From positions 1-64,000 of IMG/VR virus record IMGVR_UViG_3300049617_000275: DNA of 64,000 bases; one strand, 5' to 3'. A program made the translations under genes and the position numbers. The notes under the pieces are model-generated. The model saw only the letters and a program-made list of their open reading frames with translations, ran no database searches and was not told the DNA's origin. Shown here one piece after another: positions 35,533-45,442 of the stretch (positions are counted from its first letter, which is position 1; each line of letters starts with the position of its first letter). Source of the DNA: a virus.

Positions 35533-37878
35533 GTGGCAGGCAAGCAGCAGAGAAGTCACTGGAATATAGATCCTGTCCACCAAAACTATGAAAGTTTTGG
35601 TACTTCTGCGTCCGGCTCTCCTGTTAACCTTTATCTCCAAGACTCCGCCGCCTTCCAGAACTTTACTTCTTTTGGGAGCACAGCTTCTGCGTCCAGCCTT
35701 AAGACTTCCGGATATCAGTATGCTCTTACTGTAACCTCGCAGGTTACAGCGCATATAAACGAGTACCAAGCTTTAGGAGAAGGGCCTTTATTCAAGGATT
35801 TTTCTTCCTATATCTCGGAATTCCAGCCTTCTCATGATGGATTGTTCGATGGAACTTCCCATGTCCCGGAACATCTAAGTCTAGGAGATAGCTGGTTCAC
35901 AAAGATCCAGGTCAACATCCATGAATTTATGCCTCCCGGCGAGGCTTGGCAGAAGATCAAGACCGACCCGGAGACATTGAATTTAGGAGATTCCGTTGTT
36001 TCCAACATTACAACCTTTATTTCCGAGCATATGCCCGTCGGAGACAAGGTTCAAGGCGTCTATCCTCTAACCGGCCTTACAGGTATTACTTCCCAGATCT
36101 TTGTTGACGGATCTCAAAACGACAGCTTCCGGGGAACAATCGAAGTATACGACACAACGCTGACTTCGTTAAACGTATCGATCACACAGTTTAACCTGTC
36201 TCCTGTGGTCTCTATATCGGCTCTGCCTCCACAGTCTGATGTAACGCCGGTGATCAACATTACTACATTAGGAGTTCCCTATTACCCTCCGCCTATTTCT
36301 GTAGAAAGCAACCCCTTCGAATCTACGGTGATCTTAGGAGGAACAACCTACGCCACAAATCCTTCTACTGCTCCTAATCCGGACACAATAACTGTAGATT
36401 CCAACTTCATACGGTGGTTGAACGTAGGAGTCGGCGGAGCAAATTCCTGTACATTCCTTAACTTCTCCTGCGAGCTAAACCAAGGCGGAGGTACTTTTAC
36501 TGTTGTTTCCTCCGCGCCGCTTATAGTGGGAGCGACTACTTACGCTCAGAACCTCACTCAGCCTATCGAGGCTTTTGGGTACAACGCAACAATAACAGAT
36601 TGGGGGCAGGTCGCAAATAACTCCCAATTTGGATATACGACAAAGGGCATATTCGGCTCTCCTACAGTCTACAAACAGTTAAACGCTCTTCTGCAAGGTA
36701 CGGCTCTTGCAATGCTTACGAATTCTCTCTTGGTTTACTACCAAGAAACTCAACTCCAGACCTATGCAGGGTTTGCACAAGCAATCGCCACAGCGGCCAA
36801 CGTAAACTTGCAGTGGGTAATTACGGACTTTTCTCTTGTGAACTTTACAGTGCAGCAAGGAGAGACAGCAATCTCCGCCCTTCAATCTATTGCAGGACAG
36901 TTCGGAGGGACCTTACGGTGGAACGGAGGAAACAACTACCTTGTCTGCTATCCTGACTTTATTTCTGGGCAGTGGGAACTTCCTTCCGATGCTATTCTCT
37001 CTGCGTCGGGGATGGAGTACGTCTATCACCTGGATCTAACTCAAGGTGTTTATGCCGGAGGCTTCTACGGAAGTCAGATAACTGTTCAATTTGATCCTTC
37101 TCAATTATTTACTCCCGGCTTCTCTTTGGATGATTCCAACCCTGTTGTACAAAGAGTTTCCGGACTCAAGAATGTAATTCTCGGTTCTGAGGACCCGACT
37201 TGGGTAACAGATCTACCCCTGGACACAACAGAGTTGTTTTGGCATGTGTTGGTAAATCCTTCGAACCCTAATTTTTCCTCCACTTCAGGCACCGGCGGAA
37301 GAACAAATCCGATCACAGGAAACCCCGAACAATGGGTAAGTTTGGGATCTCCGGGACTCTCCAATCAATACTGTACTTACACCCAAAAGGGAGGTGCCGG
37401 AGGTGCAATTGTTCCTCAAGCTACTATCCCATATAGTCTTATGACGGATATTACTTCTAATTTATCTGCCATCGGAGACTTTATTGTAGAGATAGGAGTC
37501 ACCCGCAACAATCAGAGCAATCTTCTTCAGGAAGCAATAAACCTCCGTAACCAGCAAATAGAGAATCAAATGGCTCTCTACAACAACTCCTTTGCCTATA
37601 CCAAGGTATACGAAGGAACTATCTCCTGCTACTTCTTCGGATCTATTCCTACTCCGGGCATGTGGGCTACGGCAACCTCTGCCTGTGCAGGATTTACAGT
37701 AGAGGGCATTATCGAGTCTGTGTCTTTTAATTTCCCTGGTATTCTTACAATACAGGTTGCACAATATATGCGTGTTCCTCACGCAGAGAATTACTACTAT
37801 GTCAACCTCCTTCAGCTTGCAGGCTACAACGATACAATCGGGGTGCCGCCACCGCAATATGGCACCCCGGAAGCTTAG
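35533..37878 (+). CDS. large tail/baseplate protein (781 aa)
   Basis: GTG start lies 2 nt after the previous stop. No catalytic motif recognised. Confidence 0.6.
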   Translation: MAGKQQRSHWNIDPVHQNYESFGTSASGSPVNLYLQDSAAFQNFTSFGSTASASSLKTSGYQYALTVTSQVTAHINEYQALGEGPLFKDFSSYISEFQPSHDGLFDGTSHVPEHLSLGDSWFTKIQVNIHEFMPPGEAWQKIKTDPETLNLGDSVVSNITTFISEHMPVGDKVQGVYPLTGLTGITSQIFVDGSQNDSFRGTIEVYDTTLTSLNVSITQFNLSPVVSISALPPQSDVTPVINITTLGVPYYPPPISVESNPFESTVILGGTTYATNPSTAPNPDTITVDSNFIRWLNVGVGGANSCTFLNFSCELNQGGGTFTVVSSAPLIVGATTYAQNLTQPIEAFGYNATITDWGQVANNSQFGYTTKGIFGSPTVYKQLNALLQGTALAMLTNSLLVYYQETQLQTYAGFAQAIATAANVNLQWVITDFSLVNFTVQQGETAISALQSIAGQFGGTLRWNGGNNYLVCYPDFISGQWELPSDAILSASGMEYVYHLDLTQGVYAGGFYGSQITVQFDPSQLFTPGFSLDDSNPVVQRVSGLKNVILGSEDPTWVTDLPLDTTELFWHVLVNPSNPNFSSTSGTGGRTNPITGNPEQWVSLGSPGLSNQYCTYTQKGGAGGAIVPQATIPYSLMTDITSNLSAIGDFIVEIGVTRNNQSNLLQEAINLRNQQIENQMALYNNSFAYTKVYEGTISCYFFGSIPTPGMWATATSACAGFTVEGIIESVSFNFPGILTIQVAQYMRVPHAENYYYVNLLQLAGYNDTIGVPPPQYGTPEA

Positions 37879-37909
37879 GCTTTAGCTTCAGATTCAAAGA
37901 AGGAAGAAA

Positions 37910-38194
37910 ATGTCTCTCAAGGGAAGAATCGAACAGATTGCCCGCTCCGCGGTTAAAAACTACGCAACTGCTTACGGCCAACTTACCCAAGGACAGTCCG
38001 CCGGAGCAACTACTTCTACTTCCAATGTGCTAATGGGGAGTGTTGTATCTACAACAGGGAACTTCACTGGTACCCAAGACTACATCATCCAATTCTCTGA
38101 TGGGAGTACTCAACAATGTCCTCCGGCGGGAACTAAGCCTCTATATGTGGGAAGTGTAGTTTTGGTAAGTAACGGGATGATAGTCTCCTCGTAG
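37910..38194 (+). CDS. small structural protein (94 aa)
   Basis: ATG with an AAGGAAGAAA Shine-Dalgarno. Confidence 0.55.
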   Translation: MSLKGRIEQIARSAVKNYATAYGQLTQGQSAGATTSTSNVLMGSVVSTTGNFTGTQDYIIQFSDGSTQQCPPAGTKPLYVGSVVLVSNGMIVSS

Positions 38195-38200
38195 CTGAGC

Positions 38201-38229
38201 TTGACAAAGGATGTGGATTAAAGTATCCT
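38201..38229 (+). promoter_or_regulatory. sigma70-type promoter TTGACA-N17-TATCCT
   Basis: The -35 is at 38201-38206 and the -10 at 38224-38229. The ATG of the next gene begins 8 nt after the -10. Confidence 0.55.
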
Positions 38230-38236
38230 AATCTTA

Positions 38237-38536
38237 ATGCCTAAGAAATTTATATTTGAAGTAGAAAAAACCTTTTTTATTCCAAAAAGAGGGTTGGTGA
38301 TTTGTGGAACTCCGGCAGAGCCTTTTGCTCCCAGGTCTGTCTTAAACGGACAGGAAGTTTGGATAGAGAGAGTGATCGAATGTGGGGCAAAAGCAAGGGA
38401 TTTTATAGGAACGGCGTTCGTAGAAGTAGAGATTCCTACTCCTAGGACCGGGATAATGTCTCTGAATATTTGGGACGCGTCTCCCGACGATATCTGGGTC
38501 GGAGACCGTATTTACATCTCTGCGGAGAATATCTAA
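38237..38536 (+). CDS. hypothetical protein (99 aa)
   Basis: ATG lies at the predicted transcription start. There is no Shine-Dalgarno. Confidence 0.5.
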   Translation: MPKKFIFEVEKTFFIPKRGLVICGTPAEPFAPRSVLNGQEVWIERVIECGAKARDFIGTAFVEVEIPTPRTGIMSLNIWDASPDDIWVGDRIYISAENI

Positions 38537-38538
38537 CT

Positions 38539-41500
38539 TTGGCAGGAGAAGGATTCGACTACACAGAAGATCTTGCAAAATATCTTGCAAAGCAGTACAT
38601 AAACAAAGCTGCTCTTCAGAACAATCTTGCGCAGAGTTCAGGAAGTATTGCGAACTCCGGCGGGTGTTCCATGGCAACACTCTCTTCGGACGGCACAGTT
38701 GCCTATTTCCCTGACGGATCTTCGATGCAGGTGTCTTCAATCGGGTCTCCGGCTCCCGGCGGAGTCGCTCTTGTATGTAACGGAGAAGTAATCCTTCAAG
38801 AACCTATCCAATATATCCTGACTTCCACTCAAACAGGGTACGTCGCGGGATGGGTTCCTAATCCGGATTTTACTCCTACTCCTGACAATAAAACAGATTT
38901 AGGGACATTCTTCATAAGGAAAATCGGAGGAAGTCAGCTCTACCCTATTCCTATGCTTCCCTGTATAACAGCGGGATATGTAAAGCCCGGACCAAATAAT
39001 TCAGGAACAGAAATTCCCAACATTATCCAGATTCAATTTTCTGCGGACGGGAATGCGTTTGTATTTGGGGCCGTCTATCAGTCCACTTTCTATCCTTTCC
39101 ATACCTTTGTCGAATATGTTCTTTATATAGGATTTACTCTGGGAGCGGATGATGACGGAAACCCCAAGCTAAATTGGCAATACTGTTCGTCCGACAATAC
39201 TCCTTTGGTTTTGGACATCTCCGGACCCGGAGAAGTAGATATAACACAGGCTGTAACCGGCAATTATAATACTCCGGGCTCTCAACAGCCTGGAACTCAG
39301 GGAATATATTACCTCTCTCCCGCAGGACCAGGCCCAGATTATCAGACTGACGGATCTGGGGCAACTGGACTAGGAGATTCGGCCGGAAGTAGGTTCTTTC
39401 CTGCTGTACAGCAGAACTATACTTATGCTCAAGACGATTTTGTTTCGAGTGAGGGGCCGGTTCTACCGACGATGTATTTCAGCAACATGGGAGGAAGTGG
39501 AACAATGGACACTTCCTGGACCGCCAATAACCCCACTCCTGGAATTCCTCAGAGTGGTCTAGATAGTTCGGTGCCCCTATTTCAAATGGAGAGAGCTTGG
39601 AATTTTCTTTGGAATCAAATTCCTAATGCAGGAGACACTACATGGCCTGAATTCTCTTCCATTGGAACAAAGGACTGTGACCTCTTCTTCGTGCTCCAGA
39701 GTATTGACATAACTCCAGTAGGTAGCAATACTACTTCTACAGCATATGTCGTCGATTTCAATGCTAACTACTCTATTGCTACTACCTTTTCCATAGCCAA
39801 CGACTACATTACCACAAACGACACAGGAAATTACGATTATCAACAGCCATCCGACGAATTACCTCCGGGATGCGGGGACGGGCATGGGTATGGATACGGG
39901 TACTGGAGCAATGTATTTTACAATAATTACAATACAACATTTGAACCCACTTTTCCGTTTTATCCAGCTCTTCTTGTTACCCCGACTGGGCAGTACACCT
40001 ATCCGGGAGTTCCAGTTGCTATTTTTGATGTAAATGGAAATCCTATAACAACGATAAATGATGCAAGTAATGTTGACCCTCTTCAATTCGAAGGAATTAC
40101 CAAAGAGATATACACTCAAGGAGGACCTACGGGATCAGGAGAGTTCGAATGTTGTGCTTGTTGCGAAGGCGAGTGTGTGGGGTGTGGAACATCCAGTCCT
40201 CTGCCGGCCGGAGGGTGTGGTCCTCCTGGATGCGGCCCAAGTTGTATCTATCAAGCGGGAAATGGTAGTCAGACTATTACTTTTTATCTTTGCCCCTACA
40301 CTAACTCCGAAGGGGATAAAACGTGGTGTTTTTTCCCCAATAATGTAGATACTTCTCTGAATCAGGTTGGACATGCCGGAGGCCTAGTGGGGTCGGGTCT
40401 TGACTTCTTCGGAATGTGGACAACAAACACTTATGACAATACAGATTATGACGGAGAGCAGTTTGAGAGTACGGATATTCCGAGTTTCCCCGGAAATTCT
40501 GTAATATTTACTAACACTCCCGACGAAGCTAATTTCTGCTATCAACAATCTCCGGGATGTCTTCCTTCTTTTAATGCAGATTTTGCAGGTATTGGGGGAT
40601 GTCCTTTTTTCCCCATACAGCTCCAAACAGCAGGTCTTGTAAAAGACTACCGCTACGGAAGAGGAAATGCCAGCTTCGTAGGGGCAATGCAGGTACAGAT
40701 GGATTCCGCGGCACAGGGACCTCCGTTGTTCACCGACAAATCCATTACTTACGACGACGGTCAGACCCTTGTTCCTACCGTCCTATATGTGCTTTACAAT
40801 TCCAATGCCCAAAATTATATGTGGACAGGATTCCGTTCTCCTTCTACAGGAAACACTGCGCTTGTTTACCAAAATGCTGCTCCGGTCACCCCTACTTCGA
40901 ACTTTTGGACTCCGGGTTTTGAGGGAATAGAGTTTTGGAACTACTCCTCTCCTTATATTACAAATGTAGAAGTTCCGGTAGATCCGGAAAACAACCAAAA
41001 TCCGCCGGATGTCTTCACAGATGCCATCCTTGCTCCTTCGGGGACTTGGCCTTTTCCTGCAAATTACTTGAAAGGAGTTGACAGTTTTTGGGTGGAGAGT
41101 TATTATGTCTCTAATTCAGGAAGCACAGATAAGGAAACTATTACTCTGTATCAAATTTCTGATGGAACTGGAAACACACCGGCAGGGGAAATATCCCAAT
41201 ATTCTTCTGTTTCAGGAACTATCCAGGCCGCAGCTCAAGGAGAAGTCCTATACGACTATATATTGCCCTACTCTCTACCCTCTTTTCCCGATTTCCAATA
41301 TCCCACAGGAGTTGCAAAAGGACCTTTGACCTCAGATGCAGAAGTTAACTCTCAAGATTTGGGAACACCGATCTATTCGTCTTCTGGAGGAGGATCAAGT
41401 GGAGGGAGTAGTTACTTTACAGGCACAGATGAGAGTTCTTCGAACAGTAGCCTGGTAGGAAGTTTAGGAGTAGATTCTGGACTGAGCAATTACCTAGAAA

Positions 41501-41598
41501 CAGAACTGCAATTATCTGAACAAGGACAGGCCGCAGATCAAGAAGAATTGGACGAACTTGAAAGTGCCGACGATTCCGGCGAAGGAGGAGGATTATAA
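38539..41598 (+). CDS. large fibre/receptor-binding-like protein (about 1019 aa from TTG 38539)
   Basis: TTG lies 3 nt after the previous stop, with GGAG 11 nt upstream. It has a Cys cluster (ECCACCEGECVGCG...GGCGPPGCGPSC), a GHGYGYGYW motif and a Ser/Gly-rich acidic tail. Confidence 0.6.
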   Translation: MAGEGFDYTEDLAKYLAKQYINKAALQNNLAQSSGSIANSGGCSMATLSSDGTVAYFPDGSSMQVSSIGSPAPGGVALVCNGEVILQEPIQYILTSTQTGYVAGWVPNPDFTPTPDNKTDLGTFFIRKIGGSQLYPIPMLPCITAGYVKPGPNNSGTEIPNIIQIQFSADGNAFVFGAVYQSTFYPFHTFVEYVLYIGFTLGADDDGNPKLNWQYCSSDNTPLVLDISGPGEVDITQAVTGNYNTPGSQQPGTQGIYYLSPAGPGPDYQTDGSGATGLGDSAGSRFFPAVQQNYTYAQDDFVSSEGPVLPTMYFSNMGGSGTMDTSWTANNPTPGIPQSGLDSSVPLFQMERAWNFLWNQIPNAGDTTWPEFSSIGTKDCDLFFVLQSIDITPVGSNTTSTAYVVDFNANYSIATTFSIANDYITTNDTGNYDYQQPSDELPPGCGDGHGYGYGYWSNVFYNNYNTTFEPTFPFYPALLVTPTGQYTYPGVPVAIFDVNGNPITTINDASNVDPLQFEGITKEIYTQGGPTGSGEFECCACCEGECVGCGTSSPLPAGGCGPPGCGPSCIYQAGNGSQTITFYLCPYTNSEGDKTWCFFPNNVDTSLNQVGHAGGLVGSGLDFFGMWTTNTYDNTDYDGEQFESTDIPSFPGNSVIFTNTPDEANFCYQQSPGCLPSFNADFAGIGGCPFFPIQLQTAGLVKDYRYGRGNASFVGAMQVQMDSAAQGPPLFTDKSITYDDGQTLVPTVLYVLYNSNAQNYMWTGFRSPSTGNTALVYQNAAPVTPTSNFWTPGFEGIEFWNYSSPYITNVEVPVDPENNQNPPDVFTDAILAPSGTWPFPANYLKGVDSFWVESYYVSNSGSTDKETITLYQISDGTGNTPAGEISQYSSVSGTIQAAAQGEVLYDYILPYSLPSFPDFQYPTGVAKGPLTSDAEVNSQDLGTPIYSSSGGGSSGGSSYFTGTDESSSNSSLVGSLGVDSGLSNYLETELQLSEQGQAADQEELDELESADDSGEGGGL

Positions 41599-41601
41599 AA
41601 A

Positions 41602-41997
41602 TTGAGTTTTAACATACAGGAATTTTTGGGGGATCGGATCAAGTCTCTCTCCTCCCCGGAGCCTATCAAAGAAGATAAGCTGATCAAAAACAGTCTCTAC
41701 AAAGATGGGGTTACTTTATACGACAAGTTCTTGAAAAAGAAAGCTATAACAGACCCTCCGGGAAGGACATATGAGGAATGGAGAAAGCTGCGCTTTGAAG
41801 GCAAAGAAAATTGGCCGGTAGGCCAGTCCCATTCCATGATCCGAGAGAGACTGGGAATAGAGCCTAAACGCAAGGAACATAAAGTCCCTCACCAAAACCC
41901 CCACACCCATACTCCCGTTGTAGACTTCGGAATAGGAAAAGGTAAACACCCGGCGGGGTTGATCAAACCCTCCAAAAAGGAGAAAGATGTTACTTAA
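41602..41997 (+). CDS. hypothetical basic protein (131 aa)
   Basis: TTG start with a GGAGGAGGA Shine-Dalgarno. Confidence 0.5.
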   Translation: MSFNIQEFLGDRIKSLSSPEPIKEDKLIKNSLYKDGVTLYDKFLKKKAITDPPGRTYEEWRKLRFEGKENWPVGQSHSMIRERLGIEPKRKEHKVPHQNPHTHTPVVDFGIGKGKHPAGLIKPSKKEKDVT

Positions 41998-42511
41998 GGA
42001 CGTTGCAGAACAGTTACAGAAAGGACAGACTGTAAGATTCCGTCCTACAGGATACAGTATGTCTCCTACAATCAACTCCGGCGACATTGTAACAGTTGCT
42101 CCGGCAGAGGAGTTCTCTGTAGGGGACGTTGTTCTCTGTAAGGTCGCCGGAGACTACAAACTGCATCTTATAAAGGACATCAAACAGGTATCCGGGAAGA
42201 CCCGATATTTGATCTCGAACGCCAAGGGCAAGGAAAACGGTTGGACCTTGACGGTGTACGGAAAGAGGGTAAGTAATTCCTTCGACAAACAGACCCTTGC
42301 AACGGCCAGAGCAAGCTTCATAAAGGAGTTCTGGGACAATGATTCCAAGATCACAAACGTAATCTCCCGCGATGAGGGTCTAGAAGTCCATTTCCTCCAC
42401 GCTCAAGGTATGGAAAAGTTTCTTCCTCGCAGTCATGCCGGAGTCCCTCTTTTCAAGAGTGTAACTCCTATGCCTAAGATCAGGGATACCGCGAGGATAA
42501 GCCAGTGGTAG
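41987..42511 (+). CDS. S24/S26-type serine peptidase domain protein (LexA/UmuD/signal-peptidase fold) without a DNA-binding domain
   Basis: TGYSMSPTINSGDIVTV....GDVVLCKV...KLHLIKDI matches the G.SM.PT...GD.V Ser-Lys dyad pattern. Confidence 0.55.
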   Translation: MLLKDVAEQLQKGQTVRFRPTGYSMSPTINSGDIVTVAPAEEFSVGDVVLCKVAGDYKLHLIKDIKQVSGKTRYLISNAKGKENGWTLTVYGKRVSNSFDKQTLATARASFIKEFWDNDSKITNVISRDEGLEVHFLHAQGMEKFLPRSHAGVPLFKSVTPMPKIRDTARISQW

Positions 42512-42652
42512 AGGAAGAAAAAATAAAACCCTTTTTCCTAAAAGAGTTATGTTGGCTAGGGTGGGAATATCGGGAGTTGGGAAGACTTTATTTAGGATAT
42601 GTAAACTCAGGTAAAATTCCGGTTGAGACACACCCGCCGGGAGACATCTGCG

Positions 42653-42874
42653 ATGGCAATCCACAACGAGAAGACACTTTCCCAAATTGAGACAATGGAC
42701 ATTGCCTGCGGTTTGCTCCGCGACTACATTGTTACTCAAATAAAGACTTCTCCGCAGAATCCTCAATTTCCGAACCCGTACAACGCGTTTACGCAGGTGC
42801 AGACAATTATCAACAACGCCACTGCGGTTCAAGCGAACATGATTGCGTACAGCAACTGGTCTCAACTTCCATAA
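42653..42874 (+). CDS. hypothetical protein (73 aa)
   Basis: An ATG internal to track ORF 42623..42874. Confidence 0.4.
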   Translation: MAIHNEKTLSQIETMDIACGLLRDYIVTQIKTSPQNPQFPNPYNAFTQVQTIINNATAVQANMIAYSNWSQLP

Positions 42875-42899
42875 TTTCGAACTCCCGCCGGAGGTTCAT

Positions 42900-43031
42900 A
42901 TGCTCCGACTTCTCCGTTCTGTCCTTGTTCTTGTTGTCGAACACATACTCATAGAGAAAATCATAGAAATAGGAAAAAAGCTGTTTTCAAGCCTTTTCTC
43001 CCGCGAATACATGGAAAAAACCTCTTTTTGA
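42900..43031 (+). CDS. small hydrophobic protein (43 aa)
   Basis: CCGCCGGAGG Shine-Dalgarno lies 5 nt upstream of ATG. The sequence is MLRLLRSVLVLVVEHILIEKII. A terminator follows. Confidence 0.5.
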   Translation: MLRLLRSVLVLVVEHILIEKIIEIGKKLFSSLFSREYMEKTSF

Positions 43032-43051
43032 CCCTGTTTTCAGGGTTTTTT
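43030..43051 (+). terminator. rho-independent terminator
   Basis: Hairpin ACCCTG-tttt-CAGGGT is followed by TTTTT, which merges with the next -35. Confidence 0.65.
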
Positions 43052-43078
43052 GACATTTTGGGAAGTCTATGTTAGAAT
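43050..43078 (+). promoter_or_regulatory. sigma70-type promoter TTGACA-N17-TAGAAT
   Basis: The -35 is at 43050-43055 and the -10 at 43073-43078. The ATG at 43085 begins 7 nt after the -10. Confidence 0.65.
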
Positions 43079-43084
43079 CCGTTT

Positions 43085-43396
43085 ATGCCTATTTTATTCG
43101 TCGAAGACTATACAGGAGACCATCGTCTCCTAAGTGCAAGTAAGGTAGCAGAAGCTACGAGCATTCTGTCCTGTACTCCGGACAGAGCTTTGTGCTACTT
43201 AGGAGGTTGGAACACCCGCGTTCTGGCAATTTATGACTCCGGCGACCTTTCCAAGGAAGATCTATGTTCCATGGTAGGAATGAGCAAGAACGAGGCGGAG
43301 AAGTGGTTCGAAGTAGATATAGAGAAAGAAGGAATAGAGATACTATGGGACAGAGAAAGGCTAGTAGGATTAAACCCATATGCAGGAAGTAAGTAG
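43085..43396 (+). CDS. hypothetical protein (103 aa), probably leaderless
   Basis: ATG lies at the predicted +1 and there is no Shine-Dalgarno. Confidence 0.55.
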   Translation: MPILFVEDYTGDHRLLSASKVAEATSILSCTPDRALCYLGGWNTRVLAIYDSGDLSKEDLCSMVGMSKNEAEKWFEVDIEKEGIEILWDRERLVGLNPYAGSK

Positions 43397-43637
43397 AGAG
43401 ACTGCGTATTGGTGGAAGAAGTGTTGGACGGTACTGTCCAAATACAAAGAACCTATGGTCATATGCTCTCCGACCCTTTTTGCAGCTCTGTATCCGGGAG
43501 TAGACTCCGCCGCGGAGAAGAACTTTTGGGATACAGAAGAGAAGATCAAAATTTGCGTCGATCCTTTCCTGGAAGAAGATAAGGAAGGAGACGACAGGTT
43601 TACTTTCCAAGTCACCGAGGCAGTAGATGAAGGATAA
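43380..43637 (+). CDS. hypothetical acidic protein (85 aa)
   Basis: It overlaps the previous gene by 17 nt. Confidence 0.4.
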   Translation: MQEVSRETAYWWKKCWTVLSKYKEPMVICSPTLFAALYPGVDSAAEKNFWDTEEKIKICVDPFLEEDKEGDDRFTFQVTEAVDEG

Positions 43638-43893
43638 GGATGAATATCTCTCCGGTGACCTCACGCCGGAGATGATCCAGCAGGCCGTAGACAGCATCAA
43701 GAATGGAGAAGGGTTGTATACCCCTTATCCTACTTGTCTTGTTTCTCCTAACTAACAGTTATGCTAAATGGCAGGCAGTATGGGAAGGAATAGGAACATT
43801 CTGCCGCCGACCGGAGATCCTCCTTATTCGAGATAGATACACAACAGAACCCGAAACTAACGGCTACCAACCAGAACAGAATCAAGAAAACGA

Positions 43894-43916
43894 AAAGGAC
43901 CTTTAAAGGTCCTTTT
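43894..43916. terminator. bidirectional hairpin terminator
   Basis: Palindrome AAAGGACC-tttaaa-GGTCCTTT is flanked by A-run and T-run, between convergent genes. Confidence 0.65.
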
Positions 43917-43919
43917 GTT

Positions 43920-44231
43920 CTAAGCATATATTGGGTTTTGTTTCCACTCCGGCGGGGTTTGAGGAGGATTGTCGCGGAGCTCTGCAAACTTCTTCTCCTT
44001 TACAAAGCAAAGTTCTTCGAAGTGCGCCCGGAGCATTCCTCCGTTGTCGTATATATTGCACATAGAAGCAAAATACTCGTAAGCTTTCTGAGGGGACTCC
44101 GCCTCCCGGAGTCCTGTAATGTGTGTTTGAAGTTCAAACTTACTCGGGTTGTTCATACTCACCTGTTTTGGTTCTCCTTGTTTTCGGGCATAAAGGTCAT
44201 TGTAATCGAAGTACTTACTTGATCCGAACAT
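43920..44231 (-). CDS. hypothetical protein (103 aa), lone reverse gene in the + block
   Basis: GGGAGA Shine-Dalgarno. A TTTACT-N17-TAGCAT promoter-like sequence lies upstream on the minus strand. Confidence 0.6.
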   Translation of the reverse strand: MFGSSKYFDYNDLYARKQGEPKQVSMNNPSKFELQTHITGLREAESPQKAYEYFASMCNIYDNGGMLRAHFEELCFVKEKKFAELRDNPPQTPPEWKQNPIYA

Positions 44232-44377
44232 TGTAAATGTCTCCCGGCGGCTCTTGTGCTTTCCTGCATGTTATGCTAACCTATATTCTATGGAAAGTAA
44301 ATAGGAAAGAGAAAGTTTCTTGGAACTTATACCTTAAAAGACATCAAATCGGATATTTATATCTTAAAGGATATCAA

Positions 44378-44518
44378 ATGAACTTGAAAGAGGAACTTAA
44401 AGAACTTATGCCTGTTAACCGGGTTAAGACTTGGAAAGACGGGGTCGTCGAAGTCCTAAAGAAGAGAGCCTCAGAGGGGGGCTTCCTCCGCCGACCTTCA
44501 AAGAGAACAGATTTGTAA
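44378..44518 (+). CDS. small protein (46 aa)
   Basis: AAAGGA Shine-Dalgarno. A direct repeat CTTAAArGAyATCAAAT (x2) lies upstream. Confidence 0.4.
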   Translation: MNLKEELKELMPVNRVKTWKDGVVEVLKKRASEGGFLRRPSKRTDL

Positions 44519-44715
44519 TGGTGGATAATAGATCCATCGACTGGCTCCGAGAGAAGGAGGAGTGGTTGGAAGCACGATTTTTTACCGGTGTAAATTTTAT
44601 AAAAGTTTGCGACTTCTACGGATTCAAAGAAGACCACGAAAATGTTAGCCTTATGGAGTATTTTCCTGAGTTAGAAGAGATGATGGAGAGAGCATGGGAT
44701 ACGTATTCAACATAA
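44518..44715 (+). CDS. small acidic protein (65 aa)
   Basis: ATG overlaps the previous stop (TAATG). Confidence 0.45.
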   Translation: MVDNRSIDWLREKEEWLEARFFTGVNFIKVCDFYGFKEDHENVSLMEYFPELEEMMERAWDTYST

Positions 44716-44993
44716 ACGAAGTAAAGTCCCTCCAGGACTATGTAGACAGAGTTATGGAATGTCTGGAACACCCGGACGCACTTGTAACAGATTTGAGTAC
44801 AGTAGGTGATTTCGCGCCGGAGATGAAAGATAACTCCGTCCACGACCAAGCATATTACTACCGCTGTATCCAGAATTTATCCTCCGAGGGGTTCCCTTGG
44901 GACCAAAATTCCTATACGATATGGAGGTTCGAAACAAAGAAGATTGTGGAAATAGCTTCGGATTGGAAGTTAAAGGAGATGGAATGGACCTAA
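44694..44993 (+). CDS. hypothetical protein (99 aa)
   Basis: ORF in the tightly packed + array. Confidence 0.5.
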   Translation: MGYVFNINEVKSLQDYVDRVMECLEHPDALVTDLSTVGDFAPEMKDNSVHDQAYYYRCIQNLSSEGFPWDQNSYTIWRFETKKIVEIASDWKLKEMEWT

Positions 44994-45280
44994 TACCTGT
45001 ATCTTACATATACTCCCGCCCGGTGTACACTTCTGCTGTGCAAGCGGAACAAAGACTCCGGCGCGGAGAGGAAGTACCTGTTGCCGTAAGGAGACTAGGA
45101 CAGGAAACATACACACTCCTGTACACAAAGGCTGTGCTCATGTATTTGCAAGCCAAATATGGAATCCTTCCTTCCTACGAGTATTCCTCTTGTACTGCAA
45201 CGCTCCGGTGGAGTCTAGACTCCCGGCGGGTTCCTGCGGAGAAACTTCCCGAACTCAAGGCGGAGACGGGGAGATTGTGA
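44984..45280 (+). CDS. hypothetical protein (98 aa)
   Basis: Internal ATG with a GGAG Shine-Dalgarno. It overlaps the previous gene by 10 nt. Confidence 0.45.
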   Translation: MDLIPVSYIYSRPVYTSAVQAEQRLRRGEEVPVAVRRLGQETYTLLYTKAVLMYLQAKYGILPSYEYSSCTATLRWSLDSRRVPAEKLPELKAETGRL

Positions 45281-45441
45281 TGGGAGGAGGAATTACTGAG
45301 TTTCTTGTATCAAAGCTGGAAGAGAAATGGTTTCTGGAGCCGGGAGTGGAACATTCCGAGGCTGAGATTATAGAAGCCATACGCGTGGTATTTGAGTTTA
45401 TTACTTCCTACGAAGATGAAATGGATCAGAGGCTGAAGTGA
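45280..45441 (+). CDS. small acidic protein (53 aa)
   Basis: ATG overlaps the previous TGA (TGATG). Confidence 0.45.
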   Translation: MGGGITEFLVSKLEEKWFLEPGVEHSEAEIIEAIRVVFEFITSYEDEMDQRLK

Positions 45442-45442
45442 C

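Noticed and set aside
42380-42865. 161-aa minus-strand ORF
   Set aside because: It overlaps the S24-like peptidase gene and gene 42653..42874. It is Arg-rich with no start context.
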